This document shows, in pieces, positions 1 through 9,559 of a stretch of DNA of 21,424 nucleotides (positions are counted from its first letter, which is position 1; the number at the start of each line of letters is the position of its first letter). The notes below the pieces were generated by a model. It worked only from the letters and a program-made list of their open reading frames with translations. It did not search any database and was not told where the DNA came from. The translations under genes and the position numbers were made by a program. The DNA lies in assembly GCA_043228905.1 (NCBI GenBank), contig JBHGNT010000531.1, positions 1 to 21,424 on the forward strand, read 5' to 3'. This DNA is from Azolla caroliniana. Its lineage: Eukaryota; Plantae; Polypodiophyta.

Positions 1-1664
1 AACATAGTCTTCGACAAATCGTCGCATATGAGGCCACCAGAATTATCGTTGTACTAAATCCAACGTTTTAGTACTACCGAAATGCCCTGCTATATATGTG
101 TCATGAGAATTTTGGACTACTCAAAAGTGACAAGAACCATTAGGAACATACAAGAGTTTCTTAAAGAATAGTAATCCATCATGACATTCGAATTGTCGAT
201 AGTCCGTACCTGGTTGTTGCAACTGTGAACAAGATGCCCGAGAGGGATCAATTTGTGCTAGAATGGCTTGAGTGAAAGCGTATGTCTTCAAGTCTTCACG
301 TATGGTATCGATAATGTGGGAATCCAATGGCATATCGAAAATCCACATTGCTTGCAATTGTGCCGGTCCCAGGATTACTTGCTTTTGATTATCGAATGTT
401 GGCTCACTGGGATGCGGTGGTAGATATGAGCATCGTGATAACGCATCAACCTTCCCTTACTGCTTCCTAGGACGATATGTAATTTTGAAGTCGAAACGAG
501 TGAGGAATTGGGCCCACCGAGCTTGACGTTGATTTAATACATGAGCATTCTGGAAGTAGGCAAGATTTTTGTGATCACTGAATACGGTGACTTGATGAGA
601 AGATCCCTCTAAAAATGCCTCTATTGTGTAAAAGAGTCAAATATTGCTAATAGCTCCTTGTCATGTATTTCGTAGTTGACTTTGGCGGCGTCAAACTAGT
701 GGAAAGCCACATGATGTAGCTTTTCATTATCGCCTTGTTGTGACAGAATGCTACCCAGGGTGAAATCTGACGCGTCTAACTCAATGATGAACGGTTTTTT
801 CGGATCAACATGAGCTAGAATAGGAGCTTATGTAAATTCTTTCTTAAGACTCACAAAATCAATGCCTGCTTCTTTAGACCAAACAAATGATTGCCCCTTC
901 TTGGTAAGTTGTCTGAGAGGCAGAATAAACTTTGAGTAATCCTGTATAAACTTGTGGTAGAAATTGGTGAAGCCTAAAAAGCATTGCACATCTCGCAACG
1001 AACGTGAATTCTACCATTCTACCACCGTTTTGACCTTAACTAGATCCATAGAGATGCCTTCTGAGGAAATGACATAGCCTAGAAATTCCACCTAGTTGCA
1101 CTCGAAACTACATTTTTCTAGTTTTGCATAAAGACCATGTTCTCGAAGTCGTTTTAGTACTAATAGTACATGAGAATCATGTTCTTCTTGACTCTTCAAA
1201 TAAACCAGTAGATAATCCAAATAGATAATCCAACAAATATCCAAGAGATCTCGGAATACGAAACTACATTTTTCTAGTTTTGCATAAAGACCATGTTCTC
1301 GAAGTCGTTTTAGTACTAATAGTACATGAGAATCATGTTCTTCTTGACTCTTCGAATAAACAAGTAGATAATCCAAATAGATAATCAAACAAATATCCAA
1401 GAGATCTCGAAATACGAAACTACATTTTTCTAGTTTTGCATAAAGACCATGTTCTCGAAGTCGTTTTAGTACTAATAGTACATGAGAATCATGTTCTTCT
1501 TGACTCTTCGAATAAACCAGTAGATAATCCAAATAGATAATCAAACAAATATCCAAGAGATCTCGGAATATATCATTTGCCATATGGTGGAAGACTATTG
1601 GCACATTAGTGAGACCGAATGGCATAATAGTATCCTCGAAGTGCCCATATCTGGTGCGATACGC
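1..1664 (-). pseudogene. Tcn1/Tf1-like Ty3/gypsy pol, distal part: RT core, RNase H and integrase N-terminal zinc-binding region, degenerate; continues beyond the left edge
   Basis: Minus-strand translation gives [9 protein letters not shown]-x3-MPFGLTN, IIYLDY (decayed YLDD), LYAKLEKCSF, RNase H-like motifs, and HDTYIAGHFG...FWWPHMRRFVEDYV near position 1-105. Many stops and frameshifts. Confidence 0.92.
1103..1570. repeat. Tandem triplication, 3 x 156 bp (52 codons), of the RT catalytic region
   Basis: Unit starts cgaaactacatttttctag at 1103, 1259 and 1415. The ORF 1092..1625 shows FRDLLDIC...LEKCSF three times. Confidence 0.97.
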
Positions 1665-2447
1665 TGTCGTAGTGTAGGTTGCACACTATGTGGAAATTAT
1701 ATTTTTGTCCCTCCGGATAGAGAATGGAGTGTTCGGTGAGAACCGGAAGAAAACGGCATACCGGCAAGGAAGAAAACGGCATACCGGCAAGGAAGAGCCG
1801 GATAAAGAGACATAAATGTAAAAGGAAAGGAAATACTCACTACTGCGCAGGGCGTGATTCGAACTCTGCACCTCCACGTTGACAAACCCCAACCTTACCA
1901 TTACATTAACTTATCTTAAGTGTTATAAATATAGATTTAATACGTATAAGACCTTTATTTATGCATACCTTTATTAAAAGGTAAATCGTGTATTTTTTAA
2001 TATATGAAAAAGAAAAACACGAGACACTAAAAATAACTCATGCACATCTAGCGTGCATGAGCCCTATACTTAGGAAATAAAAAAAGCATCACATGCACAC
2101 TTAGTGGACATGAACACTTTTTGTAAAGAAAAAAAAAAGCATGAAGTCATGCTTTTTTTTTCTTATATAAGGAGGAGAGAAATATGTAAAGGGTTGTTGA
2201 TTATTTGGATTAAGAATTAATCAATACAAAAATTATTCGTGGGATTCACGATTTATACATCTACTTCTCTCTTAACACCCTAAGTACCAATTAATATAGT
2301 ATACTCGTGTGATTCACGAGTTTCTTATCTTTCTCTTCGCTATTTATTCATAATTAATCTTTATCTCACGAACTTCTTTCTCCTAGTCCAAGACCTCTGT
2401 GGTTCCCACCCGACTCACGCAACGATCCGGAGCCGAAAGGCACGACA
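1665..2447 (+). repeat. 5' LTR (783 bp)
   Basis: Direct repeat of 8114-8919. TG...CA termini, TATATAA at 2164-2170, two copies of a 23-bp unit. Confidence 0.97.
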
Positions 2448-2451
2448 CAGT

Positions 2452-2469
2452 TGGTGAACCCGACGTGAA
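2452..2469 (+). promoter_or_regulatory. Primer-binding site complementary to tRNA-Trp
   Basis: TGGTGAACCCGACGTGAA lies 4 nt after the LTR. It is the reverse complement of the plant cytosolic tRNA-Trp 3' end (...TTCACGTCGGGTTCACCA, recalled). Confidence 0.85.
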
Positions 2470-2485
2470 AGCGGGTGGCAAGGAG

Positions 2486-3376
2486 ATGGAGGCTCAACAA
2501 GCTAACAATATGATGGCGATGTTCGAACGGATGCTTCAAGAACAACGCACGATGTCGGAGATTTCGGCATCAGTAGAGCGGCTCGTGCAACGCAACGGGC
2601 AATTTAATGGTAAGGATGTGTCGCGATATTTGCAGGACTACAAGGCGGAGATGCTCCGGTGCCGGGCTTCGGAAGGACTGCAAGTGACATCCTTTAACCG
2701 GGTGGCGACCGACGGGCTTCAAGGGAGTATCCACGGGTTGCAACAACAAAATCCGACGTGGGAAGCATTCGAAGAGGCGTTAAAGACCACGTTTGCCATC
2801 GAGGACTCCTCCAAGGCAACGCGGAGGGGATTCGAGGATTGGGTGGAAACGTCAGGTAAGGGGCTGAAGGTCCTCGAAGTGTTTTCGACATTCGAAAGTC
2901 GGTTCGGGAGGTTGTCCGCGAGAGATCAAACTATTCTTGCACCGGACAAAGTCATCATGTTTTTGCGAGCTGTGGACGTCCGGGACCGGAAAGATCTCGG
3001 AGTGCTTCTTGAGGACACGACCACCGAAAGCGGCCTCACCGAAACATGGGAAAGCGTGCGGGATATCGTCGCGCGGTACACGAAGAGGGGGCAATGGCTT
3101 GCCAACGAAGAAAAGAGGGTTTCGGAACCGATTCCGAAACCGAGAACGGGACTGGAAGACCATCAACCGAGGGCTCGGGAGATTACGGCCGAGAAGGGAG
3201 TCGACGCGTCTACGGTGGAGCAGCTGCTGAAGGAGATGGAGAATCTAAAGATCGCGATGGTGAAGAAGTCGGATGACCGCCCCACAAGCTCCAAATATAC
3301 GGATCGACGGTGCATATGGTGCGATAGCGCCGAACACGATCGGAGGGATTGCGACGACCATAAGGAGGCGCTATGA
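2486..3376 (+). CDS. gag: Gag with CCHC zinc knuckle; ends at an in-frame TGA that separates it from the protease
   Basis: First ATG after the PBS is at 2486. Contains GQFNGKDVSRYL and CIWCDSAEHDRRDC (CX2CX4HX4C). Confidence 0.88.
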   Translation: MEAQQANNMMAMFERMLQEQRTMSEISASVERLVQRNGQFNGKDVSRYLQDYKAEMLRCRASEGLQVTSFNRVATDGLQGSIHGLQQQNPTWEAFEEALKTTFAIEDSSKATRRGFEDWVETSGKGLKVLEVFSTFESRFGRLSARDQTILAPDKVIMFLRAVDVRDRKDLGVLLEDTTTESGLTETWESVRDIVARYTKRGQWLANEEKRVSEPIPKPRTGLEDHQPRAREITAEKGVDASTVEQLLKEMENLKIAMVKKSDDRPTSSKYTDRRCIWCDSAEHDRRDCDDHKEAL

Positions 3377-4525
3377 CGGGATCTCATCTACTACGAGGGA
3401 AACCGGATTCATTCGATGGACTCTCGGAAGCCACTCCGACCGAACTTCCGGAAAGGCGGCATGAAGAAGGTGCTCGAGGAGGAGTTAGCGGCAAGAAGCA
3501 ACTATGCGACAACCGCGGGAATATGTGTCGGGGAGTCATCAGGAGCGAAGGCGTCTTTCTGGCCGGAGGTGCTAGGAAACACCGAGAAAACCGACTCCAA
3601 CGATATCCGAAACACCGCGGAAGGCGTCCGGGAAGCTACGGGATGGGAGTGCCCTGTCGACAAGAATAGCATATACGCCCTGTGTCAATTACATGAGGTG
3701 TATGTGGACGAGAAACGACGGCGCACGGAGGATGCGGCCGGACCATCGAAGATACCGGAAAGCTGGAACTCCGGAGGTAAGGGAAAAGAAAAGGCGACTC
3801 CGGCATTCAAGCTCGCCTCGGACATAGAACAACAAACCGACTTGAAAAGAGTGTTCGAGGAAAGAATCTTGGATAGCCGGGTAGATTTTTCGTTGCGGGA
3901 ACTACTCGGAATAGCGAAGAAGGAGTTTCACGATCTTCTCGTGGATCTCGTGAAAAGGAAGAGACAAAGTACGGAGGAAAATGCTCCAAGGGTGAATGCA
4001 AATACCGTTTCAACGAACGACACCGAATTGGAAGGCGAAATTCCGAACTCCCACTATACAAGGCCACACTGGGCCCGTGCGACTACGGAGACTCCGGTCC
4101 GAATCGGCAACATCAAAGAACCCGTGCTAGCATTGATTGATCACGGATCGGAGATCAACTTGATGTCCAAGGAGTTCTACCGAAAGGGGAAGTGGCCTAT
4201 AAACACCAACCATGGATGGAAGATTCGGGCAGCCACGAAAACGACAGAAGACCTATTTGCGGCTTGTCCGGATGTGACGGTAAAGATCGGGGATGTCGAA
4301 ATTGACCAAAATTTCTTTGTGCAGGATGAGGTTTCACATTCTGTCATCCTCGGCCAACCCTTTATCACGGCTTCACGGATGGAGACGAAGGTGCTCGATA
4401 GTGGTGCGGCTTTTGCGCGAATTCGGAGCCAAAACGGAGGGAAATCCGTCCAATTCCTAACGGTGCCGGCAAATCACGAAAGGAACAAGAGGGAACTCTT
4501 GTCCCAAGTGAGAATGGATTTTTAA
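3377..4525 (+). CDS. Continuation of the gag frame encoding the retropepsin aspartic protease
   Basis: Same frame as gag and open from 3377. Motifs VLALIDHGSEINLM and VILGQPF. Confidence 0.85.
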   Translation, partial: RDLIYYEGNRIHSMDSRKPLRPNFRKGGMKKVLEEELAARSNYATTAGICVGESSGAKASFWPEVLGNTEKTDSNDIRNTAEGVREATGWECPVDKNSIYALCQLHEVYVDEKRRRTEDAAGPSKIPESWNSGGKGKEKATPAFKLASDIEQQTDLKRVFEERILDSRVDFSLRELLGIAKKEFHDLLVDLVKRKRQSTEENAPRVNANTVSTNDTELEGEIPNSHYTRPHWARATTETPVRIGNIKEPVLALIDHGSEINLMSKEFYRKGKWPINTNHGWKIRAATKTTEDLFAACPDVTVKIGDVEIDQNFFVQDEVSHSVILGQPFITASRMETKVLDSGAAFARIRSQNGGKSVQFLTVPANHERNKRELLSQVRMDF

Positions 4526-4579
4526 AGCGGACTGTTGCGGAGTGGGGAAGTGATAGTCCGAGAAGCCCTGATACCCCAC
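4516..4579 (+). promoter_or_regulatory. Predicted -1 programmed ribosomal frameshift signal (G GAT TTT plus H-type pseudoknot)
   Basis: Heptamer 4516-4522 sits directly before the stop. The pol frame is -1 and open from here. Stem 1 pairs 4528-4538 with 4550-4560; stem 2 pairs 4542-4547 with 4574-4579. Confidence 0.75.
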
Positions 4580-6113
4580 ACAGGAAGAAAACTCTCGGAG
4601 CAAAACAAGTACGAATCGGCCCGGATGGGGCATCTACGTACACGGCCGTAACCGGAGGAATGAAGAAACAATACCGACAAGTGGAGGATAAGTTACGGTC
4701 GGCATCAATAATAAAAGAAGACGAAGAAATCGTGGGAGTAATCGAGGAAGTGTTCTATGGGAATACACTACAACGGCTTGAAGAGCTTGCGGAAGATAAA
4801 AGCCAAGGGAACCGGGTAGTCCCGGTGGAATCGGTCGAGATGTACGAGATCGTTGCGAAAATGGGGCCGGATGCGCTCCGCAAAGAAGAAGCAATGGTAA
4901 GTACGAAATACAAGACCGTGGAAAAGAAGGTGAAACCGGCCGCGGGACCACTACCCGCCGATAGCGAACAAAAGAAGAAAGAAGTCTCGGGAGATCCGAC
5001 ACTTCGGAAGTCCGTGGATATCGGACATGCCTTCACAGATGAGACCCGGAAGAAACTTCGGATCGGTGGAGGTGGGTTCCTCTTACAAGAAGAAGAAAAA
5101 CGGTTTCGAGAGATGTTGGAGCAACATGGCAAAGCATTCGCGTTCACATCGAGGGAGATCGGATGCATTGATCCAAAGATAGTGGAGCCGATGGTGATTT
5201 TCACGATTGATCATGTACCGTGGAACCTGAAGCCGATTCCGGTGCCGCGGGCGCATATTCCGAAAGTCATCGACTTGCTCAAGGAGAAGGTGGCGATGGG
5301 GATTCTAGAGCCATCAAGTGCTCCGTACTCAAATCGATGGTTTACGGTTCCGAAGAAGAATGGGTCACTCCGATTCATCCAAGACTTGCAACCGGTAAAC
5401 AAGGTCACGATCCGGAACTCGGGAGTCGGTCCGATAGTGGACGAATTCGCGGAAGCTTTTGCCGGACGTGCGATATACTCCATCGGGGACCTATACTCGG
5501 GGTATGACCAATTCCAACTAGCCGTGGAGAGCCGAGACATCACTACCATGCGGACACCGATAGGACTAGTTCGAATGTGCACACTACCACAAGGAGCGAC
5601 AAACTCGGTTGCACATATGATGAACGCGATGAACAAGGTGCTTCGAGATTGCATCCCGGAGATAACGATGCCGTTTCTAGATGACATTCCGATGAAAGGA
5701 TGCGCGGTGGAAGAAAAAGATGAGACTATGGATGATCGGGGATGCCGAAAGTTCGTGGTCGACCATATTCATGATTGCGAGAAAGTGTTGCGAAAGCTAG
5801 AAGATGTGCACCTAACACTTTCCGGGGAGAAATCGGCATTCGGGCAAGAAGAAATATTGGTGGTCGGACATCTATGTGGACCCTATGGCCGAAGACCGTC
5901 ACCAACAAAGATCGATGCGATTCAAGCTATGAAGGAAGTATGTGAGTCAAAATCGGAAGTCCGAAGGTTTCTGGGTGCGTGTGCATTCTATCACATATGG
6001 ATTCCGCACTATGCACATATAGCGGACCCGCTCTATCACTTGTTGCGGAAAGGTAAGAAATTCGAGTGGAAACCGGAACACACTAAAGCCATGAGGAAGC
6101 TCAAGAAGACACT
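4522..6113 (+). CDS. pol: Pol part 1: reverse transcriptase and connection
   Basis: PSSAPYSNRWFTVPKKNGSLRFIQDLQPVN, DLYSGYDQ, LPQGATNS, PFLDD and VRRFLG. The frame is open upstream of the ATG at 4660 back to the slippery site. Confidence 0.92.
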
Positions 6114-8126
6114 ATGGAGGCGGAATCACTTAAGAAGCCAAGCTACGAGCGGCCAATCATAGTAACGGTTGATACAAGTCCAACCGGTATCGGGTGGGTC
6201 ATCAATCAAGCCGACTCGGATGGATCGCGGTATCCGATCCGATTTGGAGCAAAGGTCCTCAACGAAAGGCAACGCGGATATGCACAAGTCAAAAGAGAAT
6301 TGTGGGGAGTCGTGTCGGCGATAAAATCGGATCGGGATTATTTGATCGGAGCTGAAGTGGTGATCGAGACGGATTGTCTTCCGATACTCGGGATGATGCG
6401 GTGTTGTACGATACCGGATGTGGCTATGCTAAGGTGGATTGCATATGTCAAGTCACTTAATCCGGAGGTTCGACACATCTCGGGGAAGGACAACGCGGTA
6501 GCGGACATGTTATCGAGGGCGCGGTTTGAAGACGACATAACCGAATCAGATAATGAAGAAGTTTCCGAAGACTACTTCACGTCAGAACACATATGCCGAG
6601 TGAACGTGATCCGAGAATTCCGGGAAGAAGAATACGAGGGGGAAACCTTGATGATCGGGAAGATGCTACAAGAGGTCGAGGATTCAACCAATGATAAAGA
6701 AAGGAGAGCCGAGATCCGAAGGAAGAAGAGGCAAGTCCAAAAGTTCTTCTTGGAAAACGGTTTAATATGGAGGACGCCGAAAAGACCGGATGGGATACCA
6801 CTTCGAGTAGTCGGGACGAAAGAGCAACGAAACCGGATAATGTCCGAGTTCCACGAATCCGATTGGGCTGGACATCGAGGAACATGGGCAACTTTTGTGA
6901 AAATCAAGCAAAGATATTGGTGGAAGAACATGTATAAAGATGTCGCGGAGTTCACAGAAAGCTGCGAGAAATGTCAAGTCTACTCCGGGGTCCGACACCG
7001 AGATGAGCTGCATCCGACATTCTCACCGACAATCAACTTCAAGTGGATGGTCGACATTGTAGCTATGCCGACCGGGATTGGACAAAAGAAATACTTGGTG
7101 TTAGCTCGAGAAGATCTCACAAACCAAGTTGAAGGTCGAGCGCTTCGGAGGAAAACGTGTGCCGCGGTGTGCCAATTTCTTTTGGAAGAAGTGTTTTGTA
7201 GGTACGGCTGCGTAGGACAAGTGATTGCGGACCGGGGAGAACTCGACTCGGACAAAGCTAGGGGATTCTTCGCCAAACATGGAGTTCGGTTAACGTTGAC
7301 AACGGCCTACAATCCGGAGGCCAACGGGAAGATCGAACGAGGACATAGTCCGATCGTGAAAGCACTTGCGAAGGCATGCGACGGAAGGGTGAAGGATTGG
7401 CCACAAATGCTTCCGTATGCACTATGGGCGGATCGGACGACGCATAGCTCCGTGACCGGGTACATGCCGGCAGAACTCATGACCGGACAAGCACCGGTAA
7501 TGCCAACGGAAACCGCAATCGCGACATGGACAATACTACCGTGGAAGGAAGAGATGAGCCGGGAAGAACTACTAGCGGTCCGGATACGACAACTGGAGGG
7601 AAGACCGAAAGATGTAGCGGAAGCGTCACGTCGACAACAAGAAGCACGGTTCCGGAACAAAAGCCGGTTCGACACAAAGCACCGACTACGACCGAGGAGG
7701 ATTGAAGAAGGAGATTGGGTGATCGTCTATGATAGTAGCTTGGACCATCAACATACAACGATGCGGAAATTCGCGAAAAGGTGGTTCGGGCCGTACGAGG
7801 TTCGGAAGGTCTTCGACAACGGGACGTATCGACTGTCCGAGTTGGATGGAACAATACTTCGAGTGCCTATAGCCGGGAAGCGGGTGAAGATTTTCAAGAA
7901 GCGGACCGACGACAAACCTTATGTGATCCAAGTCGAGGCCGACAACGAGGAGCAATCGGACGAAGACCACAATGATGCGGGAAGCGAAGAAAGTGGATTA
8001 CAACTCATAGTTGACATAAGGGGAGAATCGGAGGAAGCTTCGGATGAAGACGGATACGAAGAATCAAGAACTTCGGCACATACCGGAGGATGTGCGGGTT
8101 TGGAGGGGGCGAGTGTCGTAGTGTAG
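6114..8126 (+). CDS. pol: Pol part 2: RNase H and integrase (HHCC, DDE, GPY), acidic tail; separated from RT by an apparent 1-nt deletion
   Basis: RNase H motifs VTVDTS, KRELWG, IETDC, NAVADMLSR. Integrase motifs HESDWAGH...CEKC, WMVD, IADRG, GKIER, WFGPY. The stop codon lies inside the 3' LTR. Confidence 0.92.
   Translation: MEAESLKKPSYERPIIVTVDTSPTGIGWVINQADSDGSRYPIRFGAKVLNERQRGYAQVKRELWGVVSAIKSDRDYLIGAEVVIETDCLPILGMMRCCTIPDVAMLRWIAYVKSLNPEVRHISGKDNAVADMLSRARFEDDITESDNEEVSEDYFTSEHICRVNVIREFREEEYEGETLMIGKMLQEVEDSTNDKERRAEIRRKKRQVQKFFLENGLIWRTPKRPDGIPLRVVGTKEQRNRIMSEFHESDWAGHRGTWATFVKIKQRYWWKNMYKDVAEFTESCEKCQVYSGVRHRDELHPTFSPTINFKWMVDIVAMPTGIGQKKYLVLAREDLTNQVEGRALRRKTCAAVCQFLLEEVFCRYGCVGQVIADRGELDSDKARGFFAKHGVRLTLTTAYNPEANGKIERGHSPIVKALAKACDGRVKDWPQMLPYALWADRTTHSSVTGYMPAELMTGQAPVMPTETAIATWTILPWKEEMSREELLAVRIRQLEGRPKDVAEASRRQQEARFRNKSRFDTKHRLRPRRIEEGDWVIVYDSSLDHQHTTMRKFAKRWFGPYEVRKVFDNGTYRLSELDGTILRVPIAGKRVKIFKKRTDDKPYVIQVEADNEEQSDEDHNDAGSEESGLQLIVDIRGESEEASDEDGYEESRTSAHTGGCAGLEGASVVV
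8102..8113 (+). promoter_or_regulatory. Polypurine tract
   Basis: GGAGGGGGCGAG abuts the TG of the 3' LTR. Confidence 0.85.
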
Positions 8127-8919
8127 GTTGCACACTATGTGGAAATTATATTTTTGTCCCTCCGGATAGAGAATGGAGTGTTCGGTGAGAACCGGAAGAA
8201 AACGGCATACCGGCAAGGAAGAAAACGGCATACCGGCAAGGAAGAAAACGGCATACCGGCAAGGAAGAGCCGGATAAAGAGACATAAATGTAAAAGGAAA
8301 GGAAATACTCACTACTGCGCAAGGCGTGATTCGAACTCTGCACCTCCACGTTGACAAACCCCAACCTTACCATTACATTAACTTATCTTAAGTGTTATAA
8401 ATATAGATTTAATATGTATAAGACCTTTATTTATGCATACCTTTATTAAAAGGTAAATCGTGTATTTTTTAATATATGAAAAAGAAAAACACGAGACACT
8501 AAAAATAACTCATGCACATCTAGCGTGCATGAGCCCTATACTTAGGAAATAAAAAAAGCATCACATGCACACTTAGTGGACATGAACACTTTTTGTAAAG
8601 AAAAAAAAAAGCATGAAGTCATGCTTTTTTTTTCTTATATAAGGAGGAGAGAAATATGTAAAGGGTTGTTGATTATTTGGATTAAGAATTAATCAATACA
8701 AAAATTATTCGTGGGATTCACGATTTATACATCTACTTCTCTCTTAACACCCTAAGTACCAATTAATATAGTATACTCGTGTGATTCACGAGTTTCTTAT
8801 CTTTCTCTTCGCTATTTATTCATAATTAATCTTTATCTCACGAACTTCTTTCTCCTAGTCCAAGACCTCTGTGGTTCCCACCCGACTCACGCAACGATCC
8901 GGAGCCGAAAGGCACGACA
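8114..8919 (+). repeat. 3' LTR (806 bp)
   Basis: By eye it matches the 5' LTR except for one extra 23-bp unit and substitutions at 8322 and 8415. Confidence 0.97.
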
Positions 8920-8985
8920 ACGCGGTCTTCCATTCATCTCTTGGTCGGATCCGTACGAGGTTATATGCTCCTCGTAAATCGATCT
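8920..8985 (-). pseudogene. 66-bp island of the host Tcn1-like RT between two insertions
   Basis: Reads [21 protein letters not shown] on the minus strand. It joins AKFFTK at 13383+ on one side and YRTRYGHFE at about 1660 on the other. Confidence 0.93.
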
Positions 8986-9524
8986 TGTTAGGAATCAACC
9001 AGCCACAACCAGTTTCACGTTTGTATTCGTGTGCAGAAACCAAGACCTAGTACACAGACAAGAAAAAATGTGAAGACACAGAGACACCGATATTTTACGT
9101 GGAGAACCCGAAATGGGAAAAACCACAGGGGTCCACAAACCCCGAGAAAACATATCACTATAATAGAGAGGAAGTACAAATACGGAACTCAGAGACAGCG
9201 ACCTCGAGTTCTCCTTTGTCTGACAGACGGCTACAGAGTTACACTCTCACTCTCTCACTCACGGTTACAGAGGCAACTACCTCGTTCTAACTTTTCAATA
9301 ATGATCACTAACACTGGCTATAAGATTTGCCCTAGTTTCTTATGAACCAAAACAATTGTTTGGCTATTTACAAGTATAGCCCCAATGAGGCATTTTTTAC
9401 TATTTACAATTATTGTCTTCCGAAACGATTTCAGTTTTCAATTTCGATTTCGGTTTCGGCCTCGGCCGAGATACTCACCAACACGGTCCTTCTCTTCCCG
9501 TCCGGAGGGACATGTTTCCCAAAA
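8986..9524 (-). repeat. Copia 3' LTR (about 539 bp)
   Basis: Direct repeat of 12845-13377 with roughly 40-45 substitutions by eye and a 6-bp indel. Minus-strand PPT GAAGGAGGAG at 9527-9536. Confidence 0.92.
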
Positions 9525-9559
9525 AACTCCTCCTTCACTCTGACATGGGGTACTTCACC

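Larger units (their letters stand above)
1665..8919 (+). mobile_element. Full-length, young non-chromovirus Ty3/gypsy LTR retrotransposon (Phygy-like)
   Basis: Two near-identical LTRs with TGTCGT...ACGACA ends. 4-bp TSD ACGC at 1661-1664 and 8920-8923. PBS, PPT and gag-PR-RT-RH-INT order are present, with no chromodomain. Removing the element and one TSD restores host RT [15 protein letters not shown] in frame. The lineage name is from recall. Confidence 0.95.

Noticed and set aside
2399-2485. N-terminal extension of Gag in the ORF track
   Set aside because: It starts at a GTG inside the LTR and crosses the PBS; the ATG at 2486 is the more plausible start.
2694-7970. Antisense and alternate-frame ORFs within the young gypsy element
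   Set aside because: They are shadows of GC-rich gag/pol with no motifs; no env-like or extra ORF is evident.
7930-8113. Chromodomain at the integrase C-terminus
   Set aside because: The tail is low-complexity acidic sequence lacking chromodomain aromatic motifs.
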